In this document: piece after piece, positions 28,002 through 36,314 of the stretch
Numbering within the stretch: the first letter of the stretch is position 1
Layout: every line of letters starts with the position of its first letter
Assembly: GCA_040388095.1 (NCBI GenBank)
Contig: JAZKCM010000002.1
Coordinates: 7,264-71,263 of the forward strand
Source: Patescibacteria group bacterium
GTDB lineage: Bacteria > Patescibacteriota > Minisyncoccia > Phycocordibacterales > UBA9973
Reading direction: 5' to 3'
Length of the DNA: 64,000 bases
Notes under the pieces: model-generated
What the model was told of the DNA's origin: nothing
Database searches by the model: none
The model's input: the letters and a program-made list of their open reading frames with translations, nothing else
Made by a program: the position numbers and the translations under genes

Positions 28002-29009
28002 TTACTTCCCTTCTTGCACTCTCTTCAAGTCCTCATATTTCACTTCTGGAAGATCTTTATAATCATTTTGATACGCCCGCTCTGTCACAGACCTCACTGT
28101 CCCACCGACACTATCAGTCATGAAGAAATATTTCTGGCCCGCTTTATCTACTGTGGCATATTTGAGAGGGCCTTTAGGTAAAATTATTTCTTTTTCTAAG
28201 ATTTTTTGTTCTATATCTATTTTTAAATTTTGTATTTTTTTATCTAAAACAACTTCTTGAACTGGTTTTTTATACATCGGTAAGGAACGAAATTCTTTTT
28301 TAATTTTTATATTTGAGATTTCTTCTGCCTTATACCCTTTACTTAGATCATTTGTATAGTATCTACCATCTTCAATTTTATCTGATGAAATATTCTTAAG
28401 CACAAATGGTTTATCAAAAGAATTAGTAGAATTATTCAATTCTTTTCTTGTTTTTTCAATTTCTTCGTTTATAATCTTGTCAGTAATTTTAGGAAATACT
28501 TTCTTTATTTCTCCTCTATCTACTTTATCTTCAATAAAATCAGTAGTTGGTTTATTGGTCAAATCATTAGATAAATCATACGAATATGTTCCAGTTAAAT
28601 AATCTGGATTATAACTTTCTTTATTTATCCATCCAATAGGTTGTATCTTATCTTTTTTAAAAAAACTATCAGCTTCTTTATCTAAAGGTTTTCTTGTTCT
28701 TGTAATTTTTACCTTAGAATCAAATGGACCAATAGTATCTTTTGATAAATTTTTAGAAAAATTATTATTAAACATATTAAAAGATTTTAAACTATCCTTA
28801 TACGCTTTCAATCTCGGGTCATTAGGATCAGTCGTATGATATGCCGGTACTTCTAGTTTTTTATTATTCTTTTCAACACCTATAACTTGTCCATCAGCTT
28901 TTTCAGGCGAACCGGCAAGAGCACCAACAAAAGCAGCGCCTGTGGCAAGTTTCTTTATAGATTTTTTGAAAAAGTTTTCCATCACAAATAAATTATACAC
29001 CAAATACAC
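28002..29009 (-). CDS. Secreted hypothetical protein
   Basis: 335-aa ORF. Probable true start at MENFFKK (about 28982) giving the signal peptide KKLATGAAFVGALAGS. Lys/Asn/Asp-rich. Confidence 0.5.
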   Translation of the reverse strand: MYLVYNLFVMENFFKKSIKKLATGAAFVGALAGSPEKADGQVIGVEKNNKKLEVPAYHTTDPNDPRLKAYKDSLKSFNMFNNNFSKNLSKDTIGPFDSKVKITRTRKPLDKEADSFFKKDKIQPIGWINKESYNPDYLTGTYSYDLSNDLTNKPTTDFIEDKVDRGEIKKVFPKITDKIINEEIEKTRKELNNSTNSFDKPFVLKNISSDKIEDGRYYTNDLSKGYKAEEISNIKIKKEFRSLPMYKKPVQEVVLDKKIQNLKIDIEQKILEKEIILPKGPLKYATVDKAGQKYFFMTDSVGGTVRSVTERAYQNDYKDLPEVKYEDLKRVQEGK

Positions 29010-29428
29010 TATAAAATAACATCCTCTACCCTTTTTACTCTCGCCTTCTTATTATTCATATCCAGGAAGACCACCAAGAGGTCAAATTGCCATTCTGTAC
29101 TCTCAGAGACATGTTTGGACACTAAATACGTTTGAATTGTCCTTGAGAGCCTTTTGAGCTTCCAGGGATGCATATTATCTTCTGGCTTGTATTGATCGAT
29201 TGTTATTCGTGAAACATTCACCAAATCCCGTGTAACTGCCTTAACTTCCACAAAATAAAGCTTTAATCCCCTATTTTCTTGTCGCTGTGCGACAATATCT
29301 ATCTCACCCCATTTCTTTGTATAGTTTCTTTCTAGAATAGTGAAGCCGTGTTTCACGAGAAACTTACAGGCGACACTTTCACCAATTTCCCCTATTTTTT
29401 GTTTTTCTGAAGTAAAAACTTTAGGCAT
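29009..29428 (-). CDS. yraN: UPF0102/YraN family endonuclease-like protein
   Basis: 139 aa. GEIGESVACKFLVKHGFTILERNYTKKWGEIDIVA ... LYFVEVKA. YraN PD-(D/E)xK-like pattern. Confidence 0.7.
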   Translation of the reverse strand: MPKVFTSEKQKIGEIGESVACKFLVKHGFTILERNYTKKWGEIDIVAQRQENRGLKLYFVEVKAVTRDLVNVSRITIDQYKPEDNMHPWKLKRLSRTIQTYLVSKHVSESTEWQFDLLVVFLDMNNKKARVKRVEDVIL

Positions 29429-29436
29429 TTGTGTAA

Positions 29437-29478
29437 GGTTTCACGAATAACATAGTAAATATGTTTCACGTGAAACAT
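29437..29478. promoter_or_regulatory. Operator-like element: 18-bp perfect palindrome ATGTTTCACGTGAAACAT (29461-29478) plus upstream half-site GGTTTCACG (29437-29445)
   Basis: The perfect inverted repeat is seen directly. It lies 9-50 nt upstream of the yraN start on the minus strand. Confidence 0.35.
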
Positions 29479-29697
29479 ATTCTATACATTTTAAGCTATT
29501 TTCTTCATTTTCCTAAATAACCCTTATAATATAAGCTATTAGACATATTCACCTTTTTAAAAGACACCACTCTTTCTGTCCTTTATAAACAATACCCCCA
29601 GACTTATCCACAGTTATGACCTATTTTTACGGTCTTTTATCAAAAATCCTTATAAAACAAAGCGAGGTAAAGGACAAGGAAAATTTCTATCTTTAAT

Positions 29698-29716
29698 GTG
29701 CACCCGGAGGGATTCG
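29698..29716 (-). repeat. Direct repeat of the tRNA-Arg 3' end (19 nt), lacking CCA, embedded in a tRNA-minihelix-like hairpin
   Basis: gtgcacccggagggattcg is identical to 29818..29836. Reverse complement: GCACCTGGCTACGTAGTAGCCGAATCCCTCCGGGTGCA (acceptor-like stem, inner GGCTAC-GTA-GTAGCC hairpin, T-arm 3' half). Confidence 0.7.
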
Positions 29717-29815
29717 GCTACTACGTAGCCAGGTGCTTTTCTATCTCGCCAGGCTCGCACAGAAAAGCCTTTCGAATACCCTCACAAAAGCAAATAAATT
29801 TGCTTTTTCGCCTGC

Positions 29816-29890
29816 TGGTGCACCCGGAGGGATTCGAACCCCCAATAACGGTTCCGAAGACCGTCGTGATATCCATTTCACCACGGGTGC
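29816..29890 (-). tRNA. tRNA-Arg (anticodon TCG) with encoded CCA
   Basis: Reverse complement folds as GCACCCG/CGGGTGC acceptor, D-arm GTGA-AATGGATA-TCAC, anticodon arm ACGGT-CTTCGGA-ACCGT, T-arm GGGGG-TTCGAAT-CCCTC, ACCA end. Confidence 0.85.
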
Positions 29891-30009
29891 GAAATGCTCT
29901 TTACAGTATAAGCTAAAAAGGGGAGTAAGTAAATTAAACTTTTGCATTATCAATAGAAAAGTATATAATGGTTAGGTAAATTCGTAATATTATAAAAATA
30001 ACAACACTT

Positions 30010-30080
30010 GCGGTGTTGGTTTAGTGGTAGAACACGTCCTTGCCAAGGATGAGACAGGAGTTCGATTCTCCTACGCCGCA
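30010..30080 (+). tRNA. tRNA-Gly (anticodon GCC), CCA not encoded
   Basis: Acceptor GCGGTGT/ACGCCGC (one G-U), anticodon arm CGTCC-TTGCCAA-GGATG, T-arm AGGAG-TTCGATT-CTCCT. Confidence 0.85.
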
Positions 30081-30091
30081 CAGATCATATA

Positions 30092-31630
30092 GTGGAAACA
30101 CTTACAAAAAATCTCATAAATAAAGTTCCACCAGAAGTTTCACAAGTAACACGTACTTTGGAGAAAGCTGGTTTTGAAGCATACCTCGTCGGTGGTTGTG
30201 TCCGTGACCTCATACTAAATAGGGAACCGAAGGATTGGGACGTGACGACCAATGCAACACCAGAACAGATCATCGCTCTGTTTGAAAAAACAGTATATGA
30301 AAATACTTATGGTACTGTCGGCGTTTGTATTCCCAAAGATGTTACTCGTGAAACCCCGAAGGAAAGCGAGCTTCCAACGGGGCAGGCACCTGAATACGAG
30401 ATTATAGAAGTCACACCCTATAGAATTGAAACAGAATACAGCGATTTCAGACATCCAGACCAAGTAAAATTCAGCTCAAAGCTCGAAGACGACCTTAAAA
30501 GACGTGACTTTACCGTAAATGCGATGGCACTGGATAGTAAAGGACATTTAATTGATCTATTCGAAGGTTTAAAGGACATACAAAATAAAACTTTACGCAC
30601 AGTAGGAGAGGCAGACGAAAGATTTACTGAAGATGCGCTCCGCCTCGTACGTGCGATAAGGTTTTCTACACAGCTTGATTTCATAATTTCACACGAAACA
30701 ACAGAAAGCATTTTGAAAAATTCTGAGCTCATACAAAAGATATCCACAGAAAGAATTCGTGATGAATTTATAAAAATAATTATGTCAAAAAATCCGATGA
30801 TTGGCATCAGCATGCTTTCACGATTTGGAATTTTAAAATATATTATTCCAGAACTCGAAGAGGGAATACATTGTGAACAAAAAGGTGAACACATCTATGA
30901 CGTTTTTGATCATATGCTCCACGCGCTCGGCCACGCTGCAAATCAGAATTTACCTTTAGACATAAGGCTTTCTGCGCTTTTTCATGATATAGGTAAACCT
31001 CGTACACGCAGATGGGACGGATCGAAGGCTGGAGGAAAAGGGAAGTATACTTTCTACGGACACGAAGTCGTCGGTGCACGAATGGTAAAAAAAATAATGG
31101 AGCGATTAAAATTCCCAAAAGATATTTCTGAAAAAGTTGAAAAGCTCGTACGCTATCATATGTTTTTTTCTGATACAGAAACAATCACGCTTTCTGCTGT
31201 GCGTAGAGTTATCGTGAATGTGGGGAAAGAAAATATTTGGGATTTGATGCACGTCCGTGAATGCGACCGTGTCGGTATGAAAAAGAAAGAAGCACCGTAT
31301 CGCTTGCGCAAATATCATGCAATGATCGAGGAATGTTTGCGTGATCCTATATCTGTTTCACAACTCAAAATTGATGGGAAGATACTTATGGATGAGTTGA
31401 ATATAAAACCTAGTCCTAAAATGGGCTTTATTTTAAATGCTCTTTTAGAAGAAGTCCTTGATGACCCAAGTAAAAATGTCCGTGAATATCTCGATGTCCG
31501 TGTTAAAGAACTCGACGCTCTATCAGACAATGAACTCAAAGCTCTCGGACAGAAAGCAAAAGAAAAGAAAGAAATAACAGAGGAAGAAGAAATAAAAAAA
31601 CTCCACGCAAAGCATGGAGTTTCGAAATAG
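30092..31630 (+). CDS. cca: CCA-adding tRNA nucleotidyltransferase (poly(A) polymerase head + HD domain)
   Basis: 512 aa. AYLVGGCVRDLIL ... DWDV (Pol-beta-like NTase head), RRDFTVNAMA, HD domain HDIGKP, C-terminal Lys/Glu tail. Confidence 0.85.
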   Translation: METLTKNLINKVPPEVSQVTRTLEKAGFEAYLVGGCVRDLILNREPKDWDVTTNATPEQIIALFEKTVYENTYGTVGVCIPKDVTRETPKESELPTGQAPEYEIIEVTPYRIETEYSDFRHPDQVKFSSKLEDDLKRRDFTVNAMALDSKGHLIDLFEGLKDIQNKTLRTVGEADERFTEDALRLVRAIRFSTQLDFIISHETTESILKNSELIQKISTERIRDEFIKIIMSKNPMIGISMLSRFGILKYIIPELEEGIHCEQKGEHIYDVFDHMLHALGHAANQNLPLDIRLSALFHDIGKPRTRRWDGSKAGGKGKYTFYGHEVVGARMVKKIMERLKFPKDISEKVEKLVRYHMFFSDTETITLSAVRRVIVNVGKENIWDLMHVRECDRVGMKKKEAPYRLRKYHAMIEECLRDPISVSQLKIDGKILMDELNIKPSPKMGFILNALLEEVLDDPSKNVREYLDVRVKELDALSDNELKALGQKAKEKKEITEEEEIKKLHAKHGVSK

Positions 31631-31638
31631 AAAAAATT

Positions 31639-32085
31639 TTAGTATTCGTATGAACCGATAGGATAAATTTTTGCCAGAAATAACAATTGGCATTTCATTT
31701 TATTGGTTGAAGAATAAAGTTTCTTTTCTAAAAAAGTTTGTTTGTCTGTTGGTAACAAATTTCTAGTCCACCTTAAAAGAATATTTTTCTTAAGTATGTA
31801 TTCAGGAATGTATATCAGTTGAAAAATGGGATAGGAAAGGAATGGACTGTGTATAACATGTATACAAAAACTGCTACTGTTACAGGCTTGTAAAAGCAGA
31901 TTTTGAAGTTCGTCAGAAGCAATATTTGTTCCAAACCTATCATATTCTTTTGTAAGCGTAAATGTATGTCCGGACATATTCGTTGTCATCTGGTGATGTT
32001 TAGTTTCAACTCCATTCCAAAATCCTTCTTTTTTGTTGGCTTTTTTAATAAGCCTAGCAGTGAAATAGGGAATAATTTTTTTCAT
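31639..32085 (-). CDS. Hypothetical protein
   Basis: 148-aa ORF. Confidence 0.3.
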   Translation of the reverse strand: MKKIIPYFTARLIKKANKKEGFWNGVETKHHQMTTNMSGHTFTLTKEYDRFGTNIASDELQNLLLQACNSSSFCIHVIHSPFLSYPIFQLIYIPEYILKKNILLRWTRNLLPTDKQTFLEKKLYSSTNKMKCQLLFLAKIYPIGSYEY

Positions 32086-32179
32086 TTTATATAGTTTTTA
32101 ATGAGCTTTTGCTCGGTGAGTACTGAATTTGTTTAACCAAACATTACAACAAAATATTAAGTTTTGCAAGGGAGATACT

Positions 32180-32953
32180 TTATTTCAAATCTAGAAAAAT
32201 AGGACAATGGTCTGAGCCCATATAGTCTGTAAGCATTCCTGTATTTTTTACTTTCGGTATAAGTTTTTCATCTACAAAGAAATAATCAATACGCCAGCCG
32301 ACATTGCGAGTACGAGAAGCAGTTTTCTGATCCCAATATGTATAGATATCTTTTTTATTTGGATTCATTTTTCGAAAAATATCGATAAAATTATTTTTTA
32401 TAACTTTTGTAATCCACGCTCGTTCAATAGGGAGAAAGCCTGTATTTTCTTCATTAGCTTTCGGGCGAGCGAGGTCGATTGCTTCGTGTGCTGTGTTTAT
32501 GTCTCCACAGAAAATAACTTTTTCTCCGTTCTTACGAAGTTTCAAAATGAATTTCAAGAATGCATCGTAGAACTCGAGCTTGTATTCTAGACGATGCGGA
32601 CCAGAGCCACCATTTGGATAATAACCACAAATCAAAGTGAAATCTTTGAACTTTGCTCCGACAATTCTACCTTCATCATCGAATTTCTTTATTCCCATTC
32701 CATAAAAAACTTCAAGTGGTTTTATTTTTGTATAAATTCCAACACCACTATAACCTTTGCGTAATTTTGAATATGAAAAATAACTTTCGTAACCTTTTAC
32801 ATTACGGACATCATCCGGGAGCTGATCGGGTTCTACTTTTGTCTCTTGGAGACATAGAACATCTGGTTTATATTTTTTAAATAGAGGAGTGAAGAAGCCT
32901 TGCTTTGCTGTAGCACGCAAGCCATTTGTATTCCAAGAAATTATTTTCACCAT
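32180..32953 (-). CDS. xth: Exodeoxyribonuclease III (AP endonuclease, EEP family)
   Basis: 257 aa. MVKIISWNTNGLRA, VLCLQETK, YSGVGIY, GSDHCPIFLDL. Confidence 0.9.
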   Translation of the reverse strand: MVKIISWNTNGLRATAKQGFFTPLFKKYKPDVLCLQETKVEPDQLPDDVRNVKGYESYFSYSKLRKGYSGVGIYTKIKPLEVFYGMGIKKFDDEGRIVGAKFKDFTLICGYYPNGGSGPHRLEYKLEFYDAFLKFILKLRKNGEKVIFCGDINTAHEAIDLARPKANEENTGFLPIERAWITKVIKNNFIDIFRKMNPNKKDIYTYWDQKTASRTRNVGWRIDYFFVDEKLIPKVKNTGMLTDYMGSDHCPIFLDLK

Positions 32954-33364
32954 ACAAGAATAATACCACAGAACATAGCTCTTTTCATAAAACTTGCTTT
33001 TTTATTTAAAATAGGTTATTATAAATACGAAACATTTTTATATTTATAGACCTTTAAAAACTAAAATTTATGCAGGCAAGAAAATCTCTCATTACAAACT
33101 TGTTCTCATTTCTTATTAAAAAAGAAAAACGAACAGAGAACAAACAAAAAAAAGAGGGGGGCTTTAGAAATGAAACACCTAAAGAAAAGAAACAAAATGA
33201 TACTAGGCAATATATGCCTGTATTAGATGAAACAGAAATTACCCTTTTTATTTGAAGAAACGCGTCTCGGGAAAATGTTTCAAATCCTTTTTTTGTAACT
33301 TCGCATTATTTCCCCTTATGCGAGCAAACCACGAAAACAAGGATTTATTAAGTACCTGAGATGG

Positions 33365-33400
33365 AAAGCGGTCGTATGTACATACGACCGCTTATTTTTT
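33365..33400 (+). terminator. Candidate terminator hairpin
   Basis: aaagcggtcgtatgtacatacgaccgctt followed by atttttttacc. Confidence 0.4.
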
Positions 33401-34386
33401 TACCTTTTACTATGAAATTTCTTATGAATATCTCGGAGGTGTGAGTCGGTAACGTGTGTATATATTTGAGTTGTCGCAATATTTGAATGCCCAAGCATAA
33501 CTTGCACACTGCGTATATCAGCACCATTGGAAAGTAAGTCAGTCGCAAAACAGTGGCGAATGACGTGTGGAGTAACTTTTTTTGAAATACCAGCTATCGT
33601 CGCATATGTTTTCACAATTCTCGCTATCGATCTACGAGTAAGTGGCTCTGGTGTTTCATCTTTTAACTCTTTACCGACTTGGACAAAAAGTGCTTCATTC
33701 ATATCTTTGCGAGCTTTCATATATATACGGAGTGCAGTACGAGCATCTTCTGAAATAAATACGACACGCACTTTTCCACCTTTTCCACGCACAGAAAATT
33801 CATCAGCAGTCAGGTCTAGGTCATTCGTAAGAGAACACAATTCTGAAACACGAAGTCCTGTGGAGAAAAGTAATTCAAGAATCGCTTTATCACGTAGTGA
33901 TTTTAAATCACTACTTTTTGCTTGCCCTAGTGAGTCTTGGCGAAGTAGGGGGGCAGAAAGTAAACGTGAAAGTTCTGAAGCAGTGATGAGGTCGATTGCG
34001 CGTTCACCGACTTTAGCAAGTTCTATTTTATCTGCATGCATAGAAGCAATGTCTCTTCGTGCAAGGAATTTCAAAAACATTCGAAGAGCAATCATATAAT
34101 AATTCTGAGTTTTTTTTGAAATCGTTTTCTCTATACGCATTTTTGTACCTACGTGTGCATTCTGACGATTAAGCCAAAGACGAAATTCTCGCACCACACT
34201 ATCATTTATATCTTTAGCATTTTTTACTTTTGTATGTTCAAAAAAACGAGTCAGATAGTGTCCATAATTTTCAATCGTCTTAATACTGGAGCCTTTTTCA
34301 ATTTCCAAATATTCTAAAAACTGCTGTTTGAGTTTTTCTATTTCGCTAGACATGTATATATAGTATAGCAAAATATTGTGCGACAC
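33400..34386 (-). CDS. xerC: Tyrosine recombinase XerC/XerD family
   Basis: 328 aa. N-terminal SAM-like domain. C-terminal catalytic HxxR...RHCFATDLLSNGADIRSVQVMLGHSNIATTQIYTHV with catalytic Tyr. Confidence 0.8.
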   Translation of the reverse strand: MSHNILLYYIYMSSEIEKLKQQFLEYLEIEKGSSIKTIENYGHYLTRFFEHTKVKNAKDINDSVVREFRLWLNRQNAHVGTKMRIEKTISKKTQNYYMIALRMFLKFLARRDIASMHADKIELAKVGERAIDLITASELSRLLSAPLLRQDSLGQAKSSDLKSLRDKAILELLFSTGLRVSELCSLTNDLDLTADEFSVRGKGGKVRVVFISEDARTALRIYMKARKDMNEALFVQVGKELKDETPEPLTRRSIARIVKTYATIAGISKKVTPHVIRHCFATDLLSNGADIRSVQVMLGHSNIATTQIYTHVTDSHLRDIHKKFHSKR

Positions 34387-34494
34387 GATAAAAAAGCATT
34401 TGACTTTTTGTAAAAAACATATATAATGTTATAAAATACTGAAATTCAACTAAAACTAACCGAACGATAAAAAGTTCATTAAAAAACAAAAACT

Positions 34495-35184
34495 ATGAAA
34501 AAATTAAGATCGTTTTCCATTAAATGCGCACTCGTTATGTGTGCAATCTTAGTATTAGCGTACATTATTATTTTTATTAAATTCCATGAAACGCCAATAC
34601 TGTTCAACACTGAAATACTGGCAAGGTTGGGTATTAAAACATACCGGAAATTTTTATATCTTGAACCAGTATTCTGGTGCACGATGATGTTTTGGATTAC
34701 TTTCAGCTTTGCCTATTTTTCACAAATAAAAAAACACATACCTGAGGCTTTTGAAATAAAAGTACTCATCCTGAGTGCAATTTTTGGAATGGGAACAGGT
34801 GGCACGATCATACTAGGTATCAATGAATTCTCATTAATACGAAGCATAGAAATCGGTATCGGAAGTACTCTATTTATAGGTTCATTTTTTGGTCTCACCG
34901 AAAAAGATAATCGGTTTGATTATATTGTCGGCACTATTATTGCTTCTTCAATATATGAAACAGTGGCCGTACTTATGTATATTATTTTTTCTCCAACAGA
35001 AGAAATTGATTTGATGATGTATGTGCCGTTATTTTTCTTTATGTTTTTAATAGTGAATATGATGGTAGTTTCTTTTATTCCGATGATTGTCGCATTTTTT
35101 GAAAACATATGGGGCATCTCAAAAGAGAGAATAAAAGAGATTTCGAGAGGGGAACGTGAGTTAAGTGAAAAAGAAGGTTATTAA
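34495..35184 (+). CDS. Polytopic membrane protein, hypothetical
   Basis: 229 aa with about 6 hydrophobic helices. Confidence 0.45.
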   Translation: MKKLRSFSIKCALVMCAILVLAYIIIFIKFHETPILFNTEILARLGIKTYRKFLYLEPVFWCTMMFWITFSFAYFSQIKKHIPEAFEIKVLILSAIFGMGTGGTIILGINEFSLIRSIEIGIGSTLFIGSFFGLTEKDNRFDYIVGTIIASSIYETVAVLMYIIFSPTEEIDLMMYVPLFFFMFLIVNMMVVSFIPMIVAFFENIWGISKERIKEISRGERELSEKEGY

Positions 35185-35303
35185 AAAAAATTCAAACAGG
35201 AATGATCAAAATGATTGTTCCTGTTTTTTTATTTCCAAATCCGCTATTTTTATACAAAACAAAAGGACTTGCAATTTTTTGGGCTTTATGCTACTATCTA
35301 GTT

Positions 35304-35567
35304 ATGTTAGCAACAAAGAAAAAACAAACAGTTATCAAAAAACACCAGGCTCATGAGAAGGACACAGGTTCTTCACAGGTCCAGGTCGCTATTTTGTCTA
35401 CACAGATAGACGAACTCGCAAAGCATTTGAAGAAGCACAAGAAGGACAACCACTCTCGTCGCGGACTTATCAAGATGGTTGCAGATCGCAGAACTCACTT
35501 AAAATATTTACAAAGAAAAAATAAGACTGCATACGAATCTATCATGAAGCAGATGGACCTCGCATAA
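35304..35567 (+). CDS. rpsO: 30S ribosomal protein S15
   Basis: TGSSQVQVAILSTQIDELAKHLKKHKKDNHSRRGLIKMVADRRTHLKYL is the S15 signature. The listed ORF starts at 35202 with a hydrophobic extension; the S15 alignment starts at the Met at 35304. Confidence 0.85.
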   Translation: MLATKKKQTVIKKHQAHEKDTGSSQVQVAILSTQIDELAKHLKKHKKDNHSRRGLIKMVADRRTHLKYLQRKNKTAYESIMKQMDLA

Positions 35568-35571
35568 ATTA

Positions 35572-35596
35572 AAGTCCCCGAAAGGGGATTTTAATT
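35572..35596 (+). terminator. Terminator/attenuator hairpin after rpsO
   Basis: tccccg-aaa-gggga followed by ttttaatttg. Confidence 0.5.
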
Positions 35597-35625
35597 TGCA
35601 GTGCAAAAAGGTATAATTTATACAT

Positions 35626-36147
35626 ATGTCAATCATCAAACACAAAGAACAACGAGTAGCTGTTTTCATCGATACTCAAAATGTCTATCATAGTGCTCGC
35701 AATCTTTATCACGCTCGTGTGAACTTCGGAAATATTTTGAAGGATGTCGTCGCAGGCAGGAAGCTCGTGCGAGCAGTCGCCTACGTCATCACGACAGAAG
35801 CAGGGGACGAGAAAAACTTTTTCGAAGCATTAAATAAAATCGGCATCGAGACGAAGACGAAAGATTTACAAATATTTGCCGGCGGTGCGAAGAAAGCAGA
35901 CTGGGATGTCGGCCTCGCAATGGATGTGATCAAGATGGCTCCGAAGCTCGACGCCGTCATCATCGTCTCTGGCGATGGAGACTTCATTCCGCTCGTGGAA
36001 TATTTGCAGACTATTGGTGTCCAAGTCGAAGTCGCATCTTTCGGCAAATCAACTTCTGGTAAGCTCAAAGAATCAGTCGATGAATTCATCGACCTCTCCG
36101 CAAATCCAAGAAAGTATCTCATCGGAGGAAGCAATAAACAAAGTTAA
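35626..36147 (+). CDS. NYN-domain (LabA-like, PIN-related) putative ribonuclease
   Basis: 173 aa. RVAVFIDTQNVYHS ... DVGLAMDVI ... AVIIVSGDGDFIPLVEYLQTIGVQVEVASF. The NYN/LabA acidic-residue pattern. Confidence 0.7.
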   Translation: MSIIKHKEQRVAVFIDTQNVYHSARNLYHARVNFGNILKDVVAGRKLVRAVAYVITTEAGDEKNFFEALNKIGIETKTKDLQIFAGGAKKADWDVGLAMDVIKMAPKLDAVIIVSGDGDFIPLVEYLQTIGVQVEVASFGKSTSGKLKESVDEFIDLSANPRKYLIGGSNKQS

Positions 36148-36178
36148 AAAAAATCCTGAGTAACATCAGGATTTTTAC
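36146..36178 (+). terminator. Rho-independent terminator
   Basis: atcctga-gtaaca-tcaggat followed by ttttac. Confidence 0.55.
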
Positions 36179-36314
36179 TTTTTAGACCCAAAATGATAGT
36201 ATAACGAGTATTAGCAATAGTTAATCAGTTTGTCTTCAGACAGACAGTAGTGTTCCTCACGATCTCGTGAAACAGAACAATACTTTAGTTTGGAGATAAA
36301 CTACAAAAAAATAT

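Noticed and set aside
29698-29975. ORFs 29698..29916, 29733..29975 and 29741..29953 (70-80 aa)
   Set aside because: They overlap tRNA-Arg and its partial repeat and read GC-rich tRNA sequence as protein, so they are spurious.
33400-34386. Tyrosine recombinase as the integrase of a mobile element spanning the tRNA cluster
   Set aside because: The protein has the XerC/XerD architecture (SAM-like N-domain plus catalytic domain). Its neighbours are housekeeping genes (xth, cca). No cargo genes, excisionase or att repeat matching the nearby tRNAs is adjacent. It is treated as the chromosomal dimer-resolution recombinase.
35202-35303. N-terminal extension of rpsO
   Set aside because: The first 34 codons encode a hydrophobic peptide unlike any S15. 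The S15 alignment begins at the Met at 35304.
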